Notes under the pieces: model-generated
Seen by the model: the letters and a program-made list of their open reading frames with translations, nothing else
What the model was told of the DNA's origin: nothing
Database searches by the model: none
From: Nitrospirota bacterium
Lineage (GTDB): Bacteria; Nitrospirota; UBA9217
Direction of reading: 5' to 3'
Length of the DNA stretch: 64,000 nucleotides
Assembly: GCA_035623825.1 (NCBI GenBank)
Contig: DASPSR010000060.1
Coordinates: forward strand, 13,954 to 77,953
Made by a program: the position numbers and the translations under genes
Shown here: piece after piece, positions 42,921 through 53,027 of the stretch
Layout of the letters: every line of letters starts with the position of its first letter
How positions within the stretch are numbered: position 1 is the first letter of the stretch

Positions 42921-43871
42921 GATCGCCTCCAATTGCAAGGTCGCATCAATTCCAGTGAAACTGTTGCTGTTTGAGAAGATCAGAAACTCCAATGTGCCAG
43001 GACGGATGACGACGAAAGTTACAGTAGAAATTTATCACTCCCGGACGTCCTAAAAGTGATATATGGATGACGCCGAATGGCTTGAGAAACCATCTGTTCG
43101 GCAGCATTTATCGAGCAAAATGTCAAAATGTTTGATGGAACTACCTGCAACGACTATATGCCTGATTAGCTGTCTTGTCAACAACAGTGAATGGGTATTT
43201 TCGGGGTACGGAAATCTAATCTGTGGCGATTCCCCGCCTATGTGAACCCGTGGTTCGCCTTTGCGTTTACATTTTATTTCTTCAATATGGATCATTTCTG
43301 CCCAGCGTTGAGAAGGAACCTTCGACCACGTACCGCTGCAGACATCAATCCCCGCCGTCAACAGCAATGAGAGCTCGCAAAATTCATTGAACTTTAACTT
43401 AAGATTCACACACCTGTAACATGACGTCGATATCATAAGTTTGATGGGCGAATTATTCCTGTCGTTTGGTCCTATTTCTATAAATGCAATTGTTCGAAAC
43501 AACAATATTAGGAATGGTCACTCGATCATTTTTTGATTAAATTTGCGTCTCGGGAATGCTTTTGTATATTTGACGAATCGTCCTATCTTACCGTTTATGT
43601 CTTGCATTAGGGACCCCTCTAACCGGCTCAGATACGAAAGGAGGTGTAAATGATTATTAAACAATCGCGTCATTGCCTCCGGGAAATCGGGCGGACAGCC
43701 CAGCTTCCTGACAAGGATTAAAACACTACAACATGCATGAGAGCATTGACTCGATTGCACACCACACAAATCATCTTTCTTCTGGACAGCCGCTACATCG
43801 CCAGACACAATTCCGATGTTCTATGTGGCTCAAAAAAGATAATGCAACATGCTTTCTAAAGGAGACATGCC

Positions 43872-45995
43872 ATGAATCGAATACTGATGAATTGCCTTGC
43901 GCTTGTTGTAGCAGTCTCTCTCATGATAACCCCCGTCATTCCGGCCGCGTTCGCCGAATCACCGGTCAAAGACGATACCCCATTGCACAGCGACTGGCAG
44001 GATCACCCATCAGTCACTGCCCAACCCTTCATCGGACCAGACATTGAAAAGTATTTCAACGATCCCTCGAGAGAGCCGAGGTTGTCGACGTGGGAAATAA
44101 CAAAACTGTTACAGAAGCGTATCAAATATGTTTTCGTAATATTCAATGAAAACCACTCATTCGATAACGAGTATGGAACGTTCCCCGGTGTGAATGGACT
44201 TTATTCGGACGGACAGAAGCCGCGATCTGCCGCGGAGACGCCTGGATTCACCCAGACCTATATCGATGCCGGCGGATTGACTGTTTCGGTCCAGCCCTTT
44301 CGGATCGGACCCGACCAGAACTCCACGGTCGTCGATAGCGTCGATCATTCGCATACTGGCCTGGCAACTAAAATCGACGTTGTTAACGGCGATGCGCAGA
44401 TGGACAAGTTTTCCTATGATGAGTACACTCGCTTCGCAAAGAACGGCGGTGCGGCAAACATCGCCAAGGGTACGCAGTTTGCACGCCTTGTGATGTCGCA
44501 TATCGACTGCGATACCATCCCGTTCTTCTGGCAATGGGCCAGCCGCTTCACGATCTTTGACAACATCTTTGCGACAGAAGACACTCCCTCCTCTCCGAAT
44601 GCGATAGCAATGATCGCCGGACAATCGGGCGAGACGCAATGGGTCAAGCATCCGAGCACAACCGCCAATCCGACGGCAACCGGCACGACAGGCCCGCTTA
44701 GCGGCACAATCAACGGCGTGAACTACAGCGGCCAGACCGGGACCACGCAGGGGCCTCCGATCGTTAACGATCCCCAGCCCTGGTATGGGTCGGAGTTTGA
44801 CGCGACGGCGACTGATCGGCAACCCTCGAGCCCGAAGGAATCCTATGGGCCCACCAACATTGCCTCGAACCTGACCTTCGCCAGCCTGCCGCTCACCTTC
44901 CAGGGCCGCGATATAAAGGAAATGATGGCACTGAACCTCAACCCGGCTTTTGACCTGGCTGACATCCAAGAAGACATCCCTTTCATCCATCATCTCAAGA
45001 CGGAACCCGTCAATTGGCGTTGGTACCAGGAAGGTTACGACCTTGAGTCTACTGATGTCAATGGCATCGCCTCGCACAATGGCTATGTTACCCATCACAA
45101 CGGGGCACAATATTTCGGATATATCGCAAATACTCCGAAGGTGAGAGACAGCCTGCGCGGTCTCACTGACTTCTTCACCGACATGGCGGATAATAGTTTG
45201 CCAGATGGCGGAGTCTTTTACATACGGGGTGGCTATGCGAACCAAATGGGGCTTTCGCCAGTGATCACAAATCCCACCACTACTGCTCCTGAAATCGCCG
45301 CCATTAATGCAGCGAAGTCCGGCGACGACGATCACCCGAGCTACTCTGATCGGCAGCTCAGCGAGGCAATGGCAGCGCGCGTCATCAATGCGATCGCCTC
45401 AAATCCGAGGATATGGGAACATTGTGCGATCATCATCACCTACGACGAATCGGACGGCTTTTACGACCATGTCCCACCCCGTATCCTTTCTTACGGTCCT
45501 GACGGCCTTCCGCTCTCTCGCGGTATCCGGATACCACTGATTCTGATCTCGCCTTACGCACGCGTGCATGCTGTCTCGCATGTCGAGGGTGATCACAATG
45601 CAATTATCGAAACGATCAACACGATCTTTGGTCTGCCGGCCCTTGCCAGCTTGCCCGACGAGGCGCAGGCGCTCGCGAACGGCAATTCACCGTATTTCAA
45701 CCAGTTTGCTCCCATCGGGTTCGAACAGAAGTATCTCGGGCCCCGTGATATCAACAGTCAGATTACCGACAGCCTATTGTCGGGCTTCGATCCGAAGCGC
45801 CTGCTTGGTATCTCGCCACCCGTGCCTGCCTCGTTTGCGATGATCCCGGACAGCGTTGTTAACACGTTGCCGCACTACGGTGCACATGGCTGCCAAGCGA
45901 TCGACATTACTCCGGAGGACGTCAGGCTGGGAATCGTCAACAACATACCAGCCGGCTTTAACCCACTTCCCAGCACCTGGCCGGCAGCCAATTGA
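43872..45995 (+). CDS. Secreted phosphoesterase (phospholipase C / acid phosphatase AcpA-like)
   Basis: ENHSFDN, DDHP, ITYDESDGFYDHV, RIPLILISPY. Confidence 0.88.
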   Translation: MNRILMNCLALVVAVSLMITPVIPAAFAESPVKDDTPLHSDWQDHPSVTAQPFIGPDIEKYFNDPSREPRLSTWEITKLLQKRIKYVFVIFNENHSFDNEYGTFPGVNGLYSDGQKPRSAAETPGFTQTYIDAGGLTVSVQPFRIGPDQNSTVVDSVDHSHTGLATKIDVVNGDAQMDKFSYDEYTRFAKNGGAANIAKGTQFARLVMSHIDCDTIPFFWQWASRFTIFDNIFATEDTPSSPNAIAMIAGQSGETQWVKHPSTTANPTATGTTGPLSGTINGVNYSGQTGTTQGPPIVNDPQPWYGSEFDATATDRQPSSPKESYGPTNIASNLTFASLPLTFQGRDIKEMMALNLNPAFDLADIQEDIPFIHHLKTEPVNWRWYQEGYDLESTDVNGIASHNGYVTHHNGAQYFGYIANTPKVRDSLRGLTDFFTDMADNSLPDGGVFYIRGGYANQMGLSPVITNPTTTAPEIAAINAAKSGDDDHPSYSDRQLSEAMAARVINAIASNPRIWEHCAIIITYDESDGFYDHVPPRILSYGPDGLPLSRGIRIPLILISPYARVHAVSHVEGDHNAIIETINTIFGLPALASLPDEAQALANGNSPYFNQFAPIGFEQKYLGPRDINSQITDSLLSGFDPKRLLGISPPVPASFAMIPDSVVNTLPHYGAHGCQAIDITPEDVRLGIVNNIPAGFNPLPSTWPAAN

Positions 45996-46017
45996 GGTCA
46001 TGTAAAGTTAACAGGAT

Positions 46018-46048
46018 GGGTGGGAGTGCTAATACAGCCCTCCCACCC
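46018..46048 (+). terminator. Stem-loop after the phosphoesterase gene
   Basis: GGGTGGGAG...CTCCCACCC 9-bp stem. Confidence 0.5.
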
Positions 46049-46101
46049 GCTTCTTAGGCCTTGAATAGGTCCATTTTTACAATATCATTCCGGGAGATGT
46101 T

Positions 46102-47076
46102 ATGCGTATTCAGTCAATCTTGTATGTCATGCTCTCTTTATTGTGCTTGAACTCAAATGCTCAGGCAGGGTCCGTCGTTGAACGGGTCAAGGCGCGCGGT
46201 TACGTACGTTGCGGCAGCGTTGAGCGGCCGGGTCTCGCTCGAGACTCTGGCGGCGGTCTATCTGGTCTCAATGTCGATGTATGCCGCGCAGTCGCGGCGG
46301 CGGTGCTCGGATCGCCTGATCGCATAGCATACCGTATATACGGGAGTCAGAAGGACTTCGACGCTGTTCGCAACCAGTTAGATGATGTTTATTTCCTCAC
46401 CGGATCTGAGATCAACGAACAACAATTAGCAGGAAAGCTGGTGCCAGGTCCAACGGTGTTCATAGAATCCGACGCGGTAACGGTGGCGTCAACATCAGCT
46501 GCACACCACGTAAGCGACCTTGCCGGAAACAGCATCTGCTTCTTGATAGGCAGCTCAGCCGAGCGCAGCCTGGAGTCGTACTTCGATGCCTTCCACCAAA
46601 CCTGGTATCGCCGAGCGTTCTCCGAGGAGGGTGAAATGATCGATACCTACGTTGTGCAGAATTGCCATGCGCTCGCGGGCGAAATGACAACTCTGGCTGA
46701 AGTGCGCCTCAATCATGGTGTGAACCGGCTGCAGAGCCGCATCCTTCCTGAGCCGTTGACAGTCTTCCCTATAATGGCAGCAACAGGGACTGGCGACGCA
46801 CAGTGGTCCGCGATTGTTGCTTGGACGGTGCATGCATTGATAAGTGCCGAAAGACCTGAAACGCGGTGGTATGCAGGAGGCGCCGGTGCGATGCCGATCT
46901 CCGCGCTGGAGCTCGGGCTGGACAAATCGTGGCAAGGTCGCGTTCTTGCGGCAGTCGGCAACTATGGAGATATCTTTGAGCGAAATCTCGGCAAGGGCTC
47001 CCCTCTCAAGCTTGACCGCGGCTTTAATGCGAACTATATCTATGGTGGCCTGTTTCTGGGTCCATTCCTCGAATAA
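46102..47076 (+). CDS. Orphan AapJ/BztA-like ABC substrate-binding protein
   Basis: VKARGYVRCG, DVCRAVAAAV, VGNYGDIFERNLG; no permease adjacent. Confidence 0.8.
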   Translation: MRIQSILYVMLSLLCLNSNAQAGSVVERVKARGYVRCGSVERPGLARDSGGGLSGLNVDVCRAVAAAVLGSPDRIAYRIYGSQKDFDAVRNQLDDVYFLTGSEINEQQLAGKLVPGPTVFIESDAVTVASTSAAHHVSDLAGNSICFLIGSSAERSLESYFDAFHQTWYRRAFSEEGEMIDTYVVQNCHALAGEMTTLAEVRLNHGVNRLQSRILPEPLTVFPIMAATGTGDAQWSAIVAWTVHALISAERPETRWYAGGAGAMPISALELGLDKSWQGRVLAAVGNYGDIFERNLGKGSPLKLDRGFNANYIYGGLFLGPFLE

Positions 47077-47185
47077 GGGGTTCAAGGGTCACTGTCACTC
47101 ATGGTTTCGTGCTATAAAAGTAATATTGCTTTGGAGGTCACCCGAGTCTCTTTGCCTGCCCGCGCGCGGCTACTGGAAAGGAACT

Positions 47186-48442
47186 TCATTGCGTAACAAG
47201 TCCGTCCATGAGCACTACCTCGAAATCCGACCCCTTCACGCTGCCTAGCTCGCTCACGAGCGCATCATTGTTCCATCGGGGATCCGGTGCGCCGCTGATG
47301 AACCAGCTGGAGCCGTTATCTGCCACAAACATACCGTAGGTCTTGAGTGCTTGGAGGACGGCCTTAGTCTCTGCGCTGAAATTTGCCGGGATAACATAGG
47401 AGGATTTGAGCCGCACGCGCATCCCCATGGGAGGCAGATTTGGGTTTGTGTCGCTTGATGCCCAATGCGTGGCTGGAGGGACGTACGCACGGCGCGTGGA
47501 ACTGACCGTGAAGCGGAGGGCATGACGTATGGACCCGCTCGCTGCTTCCTCGTATCGTACAAGGCCGGGGAAAATGGGCAATCCAGCTGCGTCGGCACTT
47601 GTCCAGCCCGGCTGTACAGTAGGCCGCACCGTGTCTGAATCCAGATGGAAGATCGCCCCGCAGCTTGCCTGCCACGATCCGTTGCTTTGCGGGTAGGCGT
47701 TAGCCAGTTCATACAAACGATTCGTATCACGGTCAATGACCAGCACGTGCCGGTCTCCGCCGAATGCAGATCCGTCACCTGTCTGCCCCTCGATCGGAGC
47801 GTTCATTGGCACCGGATACGGGCCAGGGTCGCTTTCATCTCCATACGCAACAAACTGGATGGGTACAAACGGCTGGCTGCTCGTGACAACGATATAGGGA
47901 ATGCCCATGATTGCTCCGTTGTATAATCCCGAACCGAAGTCCGGGTGTAGCCCTGCAGTGAGACCGATACTGCTTATGAGGGCAGCTGAATTTGTATCCA
48001 CCGGGGCAGAAGAGATGTCCGTGTTCCAGGGGTTGTCTGCTGGGAAAGGAATTGCGCCGTTCAGATTCGCTCCTGCGCCAATATCTGCAGCACTCATATT
48101 TCCATAGGTAACCGTTAAACTGCCCACAGTGACGGTCACTGAAGCAGTAGAGCTTCCGTTTTTGTTAGTCGCAACGAGCGTATAAATTGTAGTTGCTCCA
48201 GGACTTATGGTTGTTCCGCTGCCGGAGGTGGCTACGCCATTCAAGGTTATTCCGGCTGCATCTGTGATTGTCCACGTCAATTGGCTTGACTGTCCTGATG
48301 CGATCACTGAAGGTGAAGCAGTAAAGGAGGAGATGGCGGGAGCGGCAGGGGCTGAAATCGCCTCATTGGAACCACTCCCATTACAGGCAGAAAGGGAAAG
48401 GAGAAGGATTAGCAAGATCATATATGTGACGTTTTTATGCAT
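47186..48442 (-). CDS. Hypothetical lipoprotein with Ig-like domain and conserved C-terminal domain
   Basis: Lipobox LSAC; ISSFTASP..LTW; PFPADNPWN, GDRHV, SADAAGLP, HALRF, YGMFVADNG. Confidence 0.8.
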   Translation of the reverse strand: MHKNVTYMILLILLLSLSACNGSGSNEAISAPAAPAISSFTASPSVIASGQSSQLTWTITDAAGITLNGVATSGSGTTISPGATTIYTLVATNKNGSSTASVTVTVGSLTVTYGNMSAADIGAGANLNGAIPFPADNPWNTDISSAPVDTNSAALISSIGLTAGLHPDFGSGLYNGAIMGIPYIVVTSSQPFVPIQFVAYGDESDPGPYPVPMNAPIEGQTGDGSAFGGDRHVLVIDRDTNRLYELANAYPQSNGSWQASCGAIFHLDSDTVRPTVQPGWTSADAAGLPIFPGLVRYEEAASGSIRHALRFTVSSTRRAYVPPATHWASSDTNPNLPPMGMRVRLKSSYVIPANFSAETKAVLQALKTYGMFVADNGSSWFISGAPDPRWNNDALVSELGSVKGSDFEVVLMDGLVTQ

Positions 48443-48613
48443 TGATAAGATGTGTTATGGCTCGACAAAGCAGGAATATGTACTTCCACAGCAACCTGTG
48501 GGGGACCGCAAATTACCCAAAAACAATTTCAGCTGCTAGCCACTTTGAGACTGCAAAATTCTGCTGATAAATTGCAGTAAAGGGCCACGAGACAAATCGA
48601 ACCGTATGCTTAT

Positions 48614-48684
48614 TGGAGTATAAGGGACATCCCGGTATGAATCTGTGACTATGATTACATTTTTTAAATGTTCCTTATACTCCA
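48614..48684. repeat. 71-bp element with 17-bp terminal inverted repeats
   Basis: TGGAGTATAAGGGACAT ... ATGTTCCTTATACTCCA (16/17). Confidence 0.7.
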
Positions 48685-48925
48685 CATGCGCGAACCTGAA
48701 ATAATAAATTCAAACTGATACAACGCATAGACAGGCGGTTGGCCTATGCAGTGTTCTCATGTGAGCATAGTATCAATAATCGTCAACAGTTCAGAATGGA
48801 CTCTACGACAAGAGTGACAAATAATCAAAGCTCCCGGCAACCTGGGTCTTTACTTTTTAAATGCTGAAGAGTAAACTTGACGTGATTCGTGAGCGATTTT
48901 CAGATTATGAAACTGGGAGGGGAAA

Positions 48926-49303
48926 ATGACAAGAAAAAAGTTGATATTGTTTGGCTTTCTTTTTTTATTATTTGTCACCTCTCCACTATATTCTGCGGAT
49001 ACTATTTCTCCTGAAGAAGCAATAAATCATATTGGTCAACCAGCGACTGTATGCGGGATTGTGGCAAGCACGCGTTTTGCAACCAAAAGCAAAGGCCAGC
49101 CAATCTTTCTTTATCTCGACAAACCCTATCCGGACCATATATTCACGATCATAATTTGGGGATCAGATAGGAGCAGTTTCCCCAACGTTCCTGAAGTCTA
49201 TTACAAGAACAAAAGAATTTGCGTGTCAGGTCAAATACAGCTGTATAATGGAAAACCGGAAATCACTGCAAGAAGATCCAGCCAGATAAAGGAAGAACGG
49301 TGA
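48926..49303 (+). CDS. Exported OB-fold nucleic-acid-binding-like protein
   Basis: Signal peptide; HIGQPATVCG, FLYLDKPYP, ICVSGQI..YNGKPEI. Confidence 0.75.
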   Translation: MTRKKLILFGFLFLLFVTSPLYSADTISPEEAINHIGQPATVCGIVASTRFATKSKGQPIFLYLDKPYPDHIFTIIIWGSDRSSFPNVPEVYYKNKRICVSGQIQLYNGKPEITARRSSQIKEER

Positions 49304-50025
49304 AGATACCATTTTTAAAACGGACTGTCTGGACATTAATCTTTCTAGGGCTGTATCTGTGCGCTACCCCCTCATATCCGTGGTATGATCAAACGCACGC
49401 CGCCATTGCGAAAGCAGCACGATACAAGTACTGGTTTAATGCTGCAGGCGCGGATATTACGAAAACGAAGGCTGGTGATCTGGAAGGACTGAATCACTTT
49501 TATAACAATTATGAAAATATCAGCGTTACCGATAAAATGGTTTTCGATCAGGTTAACAAATACAATGACCCAACCGATAAGGAAGGTCACCTTTATGGAG
49601 CAATAATCGCTTCTCTTAGAGACTATGTGAAGGTGAGATCTTCTGGGAAGTTCGCTGAATATCACATGGCTTTTGCTGTTCATTACATCGGTGATCTTAG
49701 CCAGCCGCTTCACAATATACCCTACGATGGTTTCAATAAAGCCCACCATTCTGCCAATGATGGAATTGTAGATGATGGCATATTGGAAAATTTCCGCGAT
49801 ATTGAAAAGAATATGTATGAAATAAAATTAAGGCCAGATCATTTTGAGGAGGACTTGGCAAAAGAGATAGCAAGGATAGCCAATATATCGAGACAACTCG
49901 GTTTAAAGCTTCGTTCTGAAGACAGGAACATGACAAAAGAAGAGGCCTATATCCAGTTAGGGCATAGCGCATCATTGCTTAGAGCTGTAATAGCGAATAT
50001 AGCTCCGGGACAGAGCTTACCCTAA
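49300..50025 (+). CDS. S1/P1 nuclease or Zn-dependent phospholipase C-like exported protein
   Basis: Mature N-terminus W..TH; HYIGDLSQPLH; overlaps upstream stop. Confidence 0.78.
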   Translation: MKIPFLKRTVWTLIFLGLYLCATPSYPWYDQTHAAIAKAARYKYWFNAAGADITKTKAGDLEGLNHFYNNYENISVTDKMVFDQVNKYNDPTDKEGHLYGAIIASLRDYVKVRSSGKFAEYHMAFAVHYIGDLSQPLHNIPYDGFNKAHHSANDGIVDDGILENFRDIEKNMYEIKLRPDHFEEDLAKEIARIANISRQLGLKLRSEDRNMTKEEAYIQLGHSASLLRAVIANIAPGQSLP

Positions 50026-50095
50026 TCTAGGGAGGTAAGCAATAATTGCAATAATATTTCTTGCGACAACTCCACAGTCGACCATTTTAAATGAT

Positions 50096-50503
50096 TTACC
50101 GGTTTGCTTTGCTGCAAAGGTAGGGCTCGTATTTCTTATCTTCCACGAGAATATGGGCATTCAGCCAGCTCGTAAGTAAAAGCATCACGTCAATGGTCGT
50201 TGGCCACTTCCCATGGTCGAAGGATTCCTTGAGGTTCCGCGCCTTCTTAGACAAAATATCATGTAGCTCCTTGTGCTCTTTATAATGTGGATAGTCATAT
50301 TGCTGAAGCAAGAGTTCTTCAGTGTTGAAATGATAAACCGTGTAATTCACCAAATTCGCTATAACATTTCCTAAAATATCCTTCCCTTTGTCGATATTCA
50401 TGGCATCGTACATTTCGTTAATCAGAGTGATAAGTTTTTTGTGTTGCTCGTCGATTTCTGTCACATTTACCGAATACTTTTTGCTCCATTTTAAGAAACC
50501 CAT
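50096..50503 (-). CDS. Bacteriohemerythrin
   Basis: IDEQHKKL, HFNTEE, HKELH, WLNAHILVED. Confidence 0.92.
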   Translation of the reverse strand: MGFLKWSKKYSVNVTEIDEQHKKLITLINEMYDAMNIDKGKDILGNVIANLVNYTVYHFNTEELLLQQYDYPHYKEHKELHDILSKKARNLKESFDHGKWPTTIDVMLLLTSWLNAHILVEDKKYEPYLCSKANR

Positions 50504-50658
50504 AAGAACCCTCCGAATAGCCCTAAAAAATATTTCGCGTTGATTTAATCGTTGCTTCCCATTCCTTGCCGTGTGGGCATACTGAAACGCTCGGGTTGCC
50601 CTTTATGAGAAGTGCTTTATTTGCGCCAACAAGCAAGGGGACAGCGATCCGGGATGAC

Positions 50659-50679
50659 TCCTCATGGGAAGCATGAGGA
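50659..50679. terminator. Hairpin downstream of zinc-ribbon gene
   Basis: TCCTCATG-GGAAG-CATGAGGA. Confidence 0.45.
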
Positions 50680-50702
50680 CACACAGAAATAAATTGAGTA
50701 TC

Positions 50703-51011
50703 TTAATCCATGGGATCTTTTTTCTCGTTACCGAATTCTGCCATCAGAATTTTTTTGTATGTCTTGCAGACAGGATACCGTGAACATCTGAAACGGACAA
50801 GGCCTTGCTCCTTCCGGTAGACATGCATGCCGCTTCCGCAGATCTCGCATGAAGGCCTCTCTCCTACATGCACTCGATGGGATATTGTGAACTGAAAACC
50901 GCACATTAAGCAGAGATATCGCTGTTTTCCTGTACGTGCTCTCCCGTCGCGATACACAGCTTCCGAGTCACAGTCAGGACACTGTATATTGTTTATGGTA
51001 TCTTTAGACAT
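50703..51011 (-). CDS. Double zinc-ribbon protein (IS1 InsA-like N-terminus plus topoisomerase-C4-like finger)
   Basis: CPDC..GKQRYLCLMC and CEICGSGM..FRCSRYPVC. Confidence 0.75.
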   Translation of the reverse strand: MSKDTINNIQCPDCDSEAVYRDGRARTGKQRYLCLMCGFQFTISHRVHVGERPSCEICGSGMHVYRKEQGLVRFRCSRYPVCKTYKKILMAEFGNEKKDPMD

Positions 51012-51138
51012 CGATTATTGCCCGAGAATGCACCAGCAACGTCAGTACCCATGATAAAAGAAATAGTATTACTCCGCCCCTGAGGCAGTTAATTTACAGG
51101 TAGTGAAGTGATTAGAGCCCCCCTGATCTAAATCCAAT

Positions 51139-51327
51139 TTATTTACTGCAATCTTCCAGCCATAAGCAAGCCAATTGACCACATGTCTTGACTTGCGATG
51201 TAGAGAAGCACTCGTTGTTCCCTTCGGCCCTTTGGATAGCCCTTATAAGCTGTATCTTGTTCAATTTACCACTCTTTACTCCAATCTTAGAACCAATTTT
51301 AGTAATATCCTGTATCTTCATATCCAA
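51139..51327 (-). CDS. Small SAP-like domain protein
   Basis: LIRAIQRAEGNNECF..CGQLACLWLEDC. Confidence 0.8.
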   Translation of the reverse strand: MDMKIQDITKIGSKIGVKSGKLNKIQLIRAIQRAEGNNECFSTSQVKTCGQLACLWLEDCSK

Positions 51328-51765
51328 ACCTCCAGAGATTTATTTTACTTCCGGGAATAATATGTCGCGGAATCGGCACGCTGCTGTTCTTTTCACCAGA
51401 TTCAATTATCCTGACGCAGAAGGCGCAGACAATAGCGGTATTATCTCAGGAAATCGAGGCCATAGTGATCGCTGTTCCCTGCGTCTTCCGCGGTTGTTGT
51501 CAGCTGATATTAGACTTCTGTCGATTTTGCCCGTATATATGCAGGACAATGTAAACTGTACCAGATAAATGTGACATGAATATGTAAAATCTGTTAAATT
51601 ATTGTTACAGTAGGATCTCGCGCCTCAGAGACCCGCAACGATCGTAGAACTAAGCTGCATCCATGTGCAGAAGCCCAATCTAAACTCGGTGTCTGCTGAT
51701 CGTTTATAAAAATGTTGCAATAACTGTTCCTGTTCGCTACAATAAAAAAGTTGAGGTGAGTTTAC

Positions 51766-52866
51766 GTGAATGAATCGGCCATCCGCAGATTTCTCAAGCC
51801 CGGGATCAATTGGCTGGCAATCTTCATCCCCATCGCCTTCCTCATGGGGTATGTCCCGGCGCTGCACAACGAGTTGTGGCTCTTCATAGCGGCCTCTCTG
51901 GCGATGGTGGCCTGTTCAGCCTGGATCGGCAATGCCACCGACAAACTGGACGAAGTGGTGGGGCCCACATGGGGCGGCATGATGAACGCCGCGTTCAGCA
52001 ATCTGCCAGAACTCATCTTCGGCCTCATCGCGGTTTCCAAAGGGCTCGGAGAGCTTGCGAAGGCCGCCTGGGTCGGAGCAATCATCGGCAACGTGCTGAC
52101 CGTGATCGGCGCGGCGATGCTGGTGGCAGGACTCAAGTACGGCACCGTGAAATTTCCGGCACAGCCCGCCAGTGATGCCTGTAACAACCTGATCCTAGCG
52201 TCGCTCGCCATGTTCCTCCCGAGTCTATATATCGGCGCCCTGACCCACTCGACGAAATCTGGAGCCAACTCTGCCGGGCAAATCTCTCTGAGCGTGGCTG
52301 CCTTACTTTTTCTCATGTACATCGCATCTTTGATATTCACGTTCACCCGCGCCCGGGCCGATGCCGCGCGCCGTTCGTCAGTGGCTACTTCGAAATTTGG
52401 CCCCGCAACCCTAGCAGCCATAGGCGTTCTGGCGCTGTCCAGCGTACTGATCGCCTTCCTATCGGATTTCGTGGCCGAGTCTGTCGATACGGTGAAATCC
52501 GCCCTCGGCCTGACCGATCTGTTCATCGGCATCGTGGTGATTGGCACAATAGGCAACGTCGCGGCCATATGGAGCGCTATCCAGGCGGCCCTCAATAACA
52601 AGATGGAACTTGCTTACGAGATCGGCATGAGCGCTGGTACCCAGATCATTCTGATGGTGGTGCCGGTGCTGGTGTTCGCGTCGCGGCTGTTCGGCCATCC
52701 GGTGGACCTTCACTTCAGCAACGCGGAGCTGGTGGCACTGTTCGGCTGCGCGGTCCTGGTGAGCCTCACGTCCAAAGACGGGGAAACCAACTGGCTCAAC
52801 GGCCTCCAGCTGCTAATCCTCTACGCCCTGATAGGAGCGCTGTTCTTCTTCCTGCCGGGAGTCTGA
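51766..52866 (+). CDS. Calcium/proton exchanger (CAX/ChaA family), divergent motifs
   Basis: NAAFSNLPELI, IIGNVL, IGNVAA, DGETNWLNGLQL. Confidence 0.85.
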   Translation: MNESAIRRFLKPGINWLAIFIPIAFLMGYVPALHNELWLFIAASLAMVACSAWIGNATDKLDEVVGPTWGGMMNAAFSNLPELIFGLIAVSKGLGELAKAAWVGAIIGNVLTVIGAAMLVAGLKYGTVKFPAQPASDACNNLILASLAMFLPSLYIGALTHSTKSGANSAGQISLSVAALLFLMYIASLIFTFTRARADAARRSSVATSKFGPATLAAIGVLALSSVLIAFLSDFVAESVDTVKSALGLTDLFIGIVVIGTIGNVAAIWSAIQAALNNKMELAYEIGMSAGTQIILMVVPVLVFASRLFGHPVDLHFSNAELVALFGCAVLVSLTSKDGETNWLNGLQLLILYALIGALFFFLPGV

Positions 52867-52954
52867 TCAGGGGGCCTCTGGGGAGGAGGGTTTGCTGTAG
52901 CGCCCTTTGAGGCGGCCGGTCGAATCGTGTTAGAAAATTACCGCAGAAGTAAAG

Positions 52955-52985
52955 AAAGGGGTGACAGCATAAGCTGTAACCCTTT
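52955..52985 (-). terminator. Hairpin just 3' of tRNA remnant 3, overlapping an IHF-like site
   Basis: AAAGGGGTGACAGC-ATAA-GCTGTAACCCTTT; minus strand AATCAAAGGGTTA (52977-52989) matches WATCAANNNNTTR. Confidence 0.6.
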
Positions 52986-52994
52986 GATTTGTTC

Positions 52995-53027
52995 GGTAGC
53001 GTTAGAGGTTTTGAACCTCTGACCTTC
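52995..53027 (-). repeat. Degenerate 3' half of initiator tRNA-Met (att-like remnant 3)
   Basis: Minus strand GAAGGTCAGAGGTTCAAAACCTCTAACGCTACC; T-arm AGAGG-TTCAAAA-CCTCT. Confidence 0.78.

Noticed and set aside
44157-45335. Long antisense ORFs (also 8319-9284 and 14811-15800)
   Set aside because: Shadows of well-supported GC-rich genes on the opposite strand, with no recognisable motifs.
50550-50610. c-di-GMP-I riboswitch upstream of hemerythrin (and a similar GGGCAAA near 51530)
   Set aside because: Only the GGGCAA start matches; the GAAA tetraloop and GACGCAAA are absent.
50703-51011. Intact IS1 element
   Set aside because: No InsB or DDE frame and no terminal inverted repeats seen.
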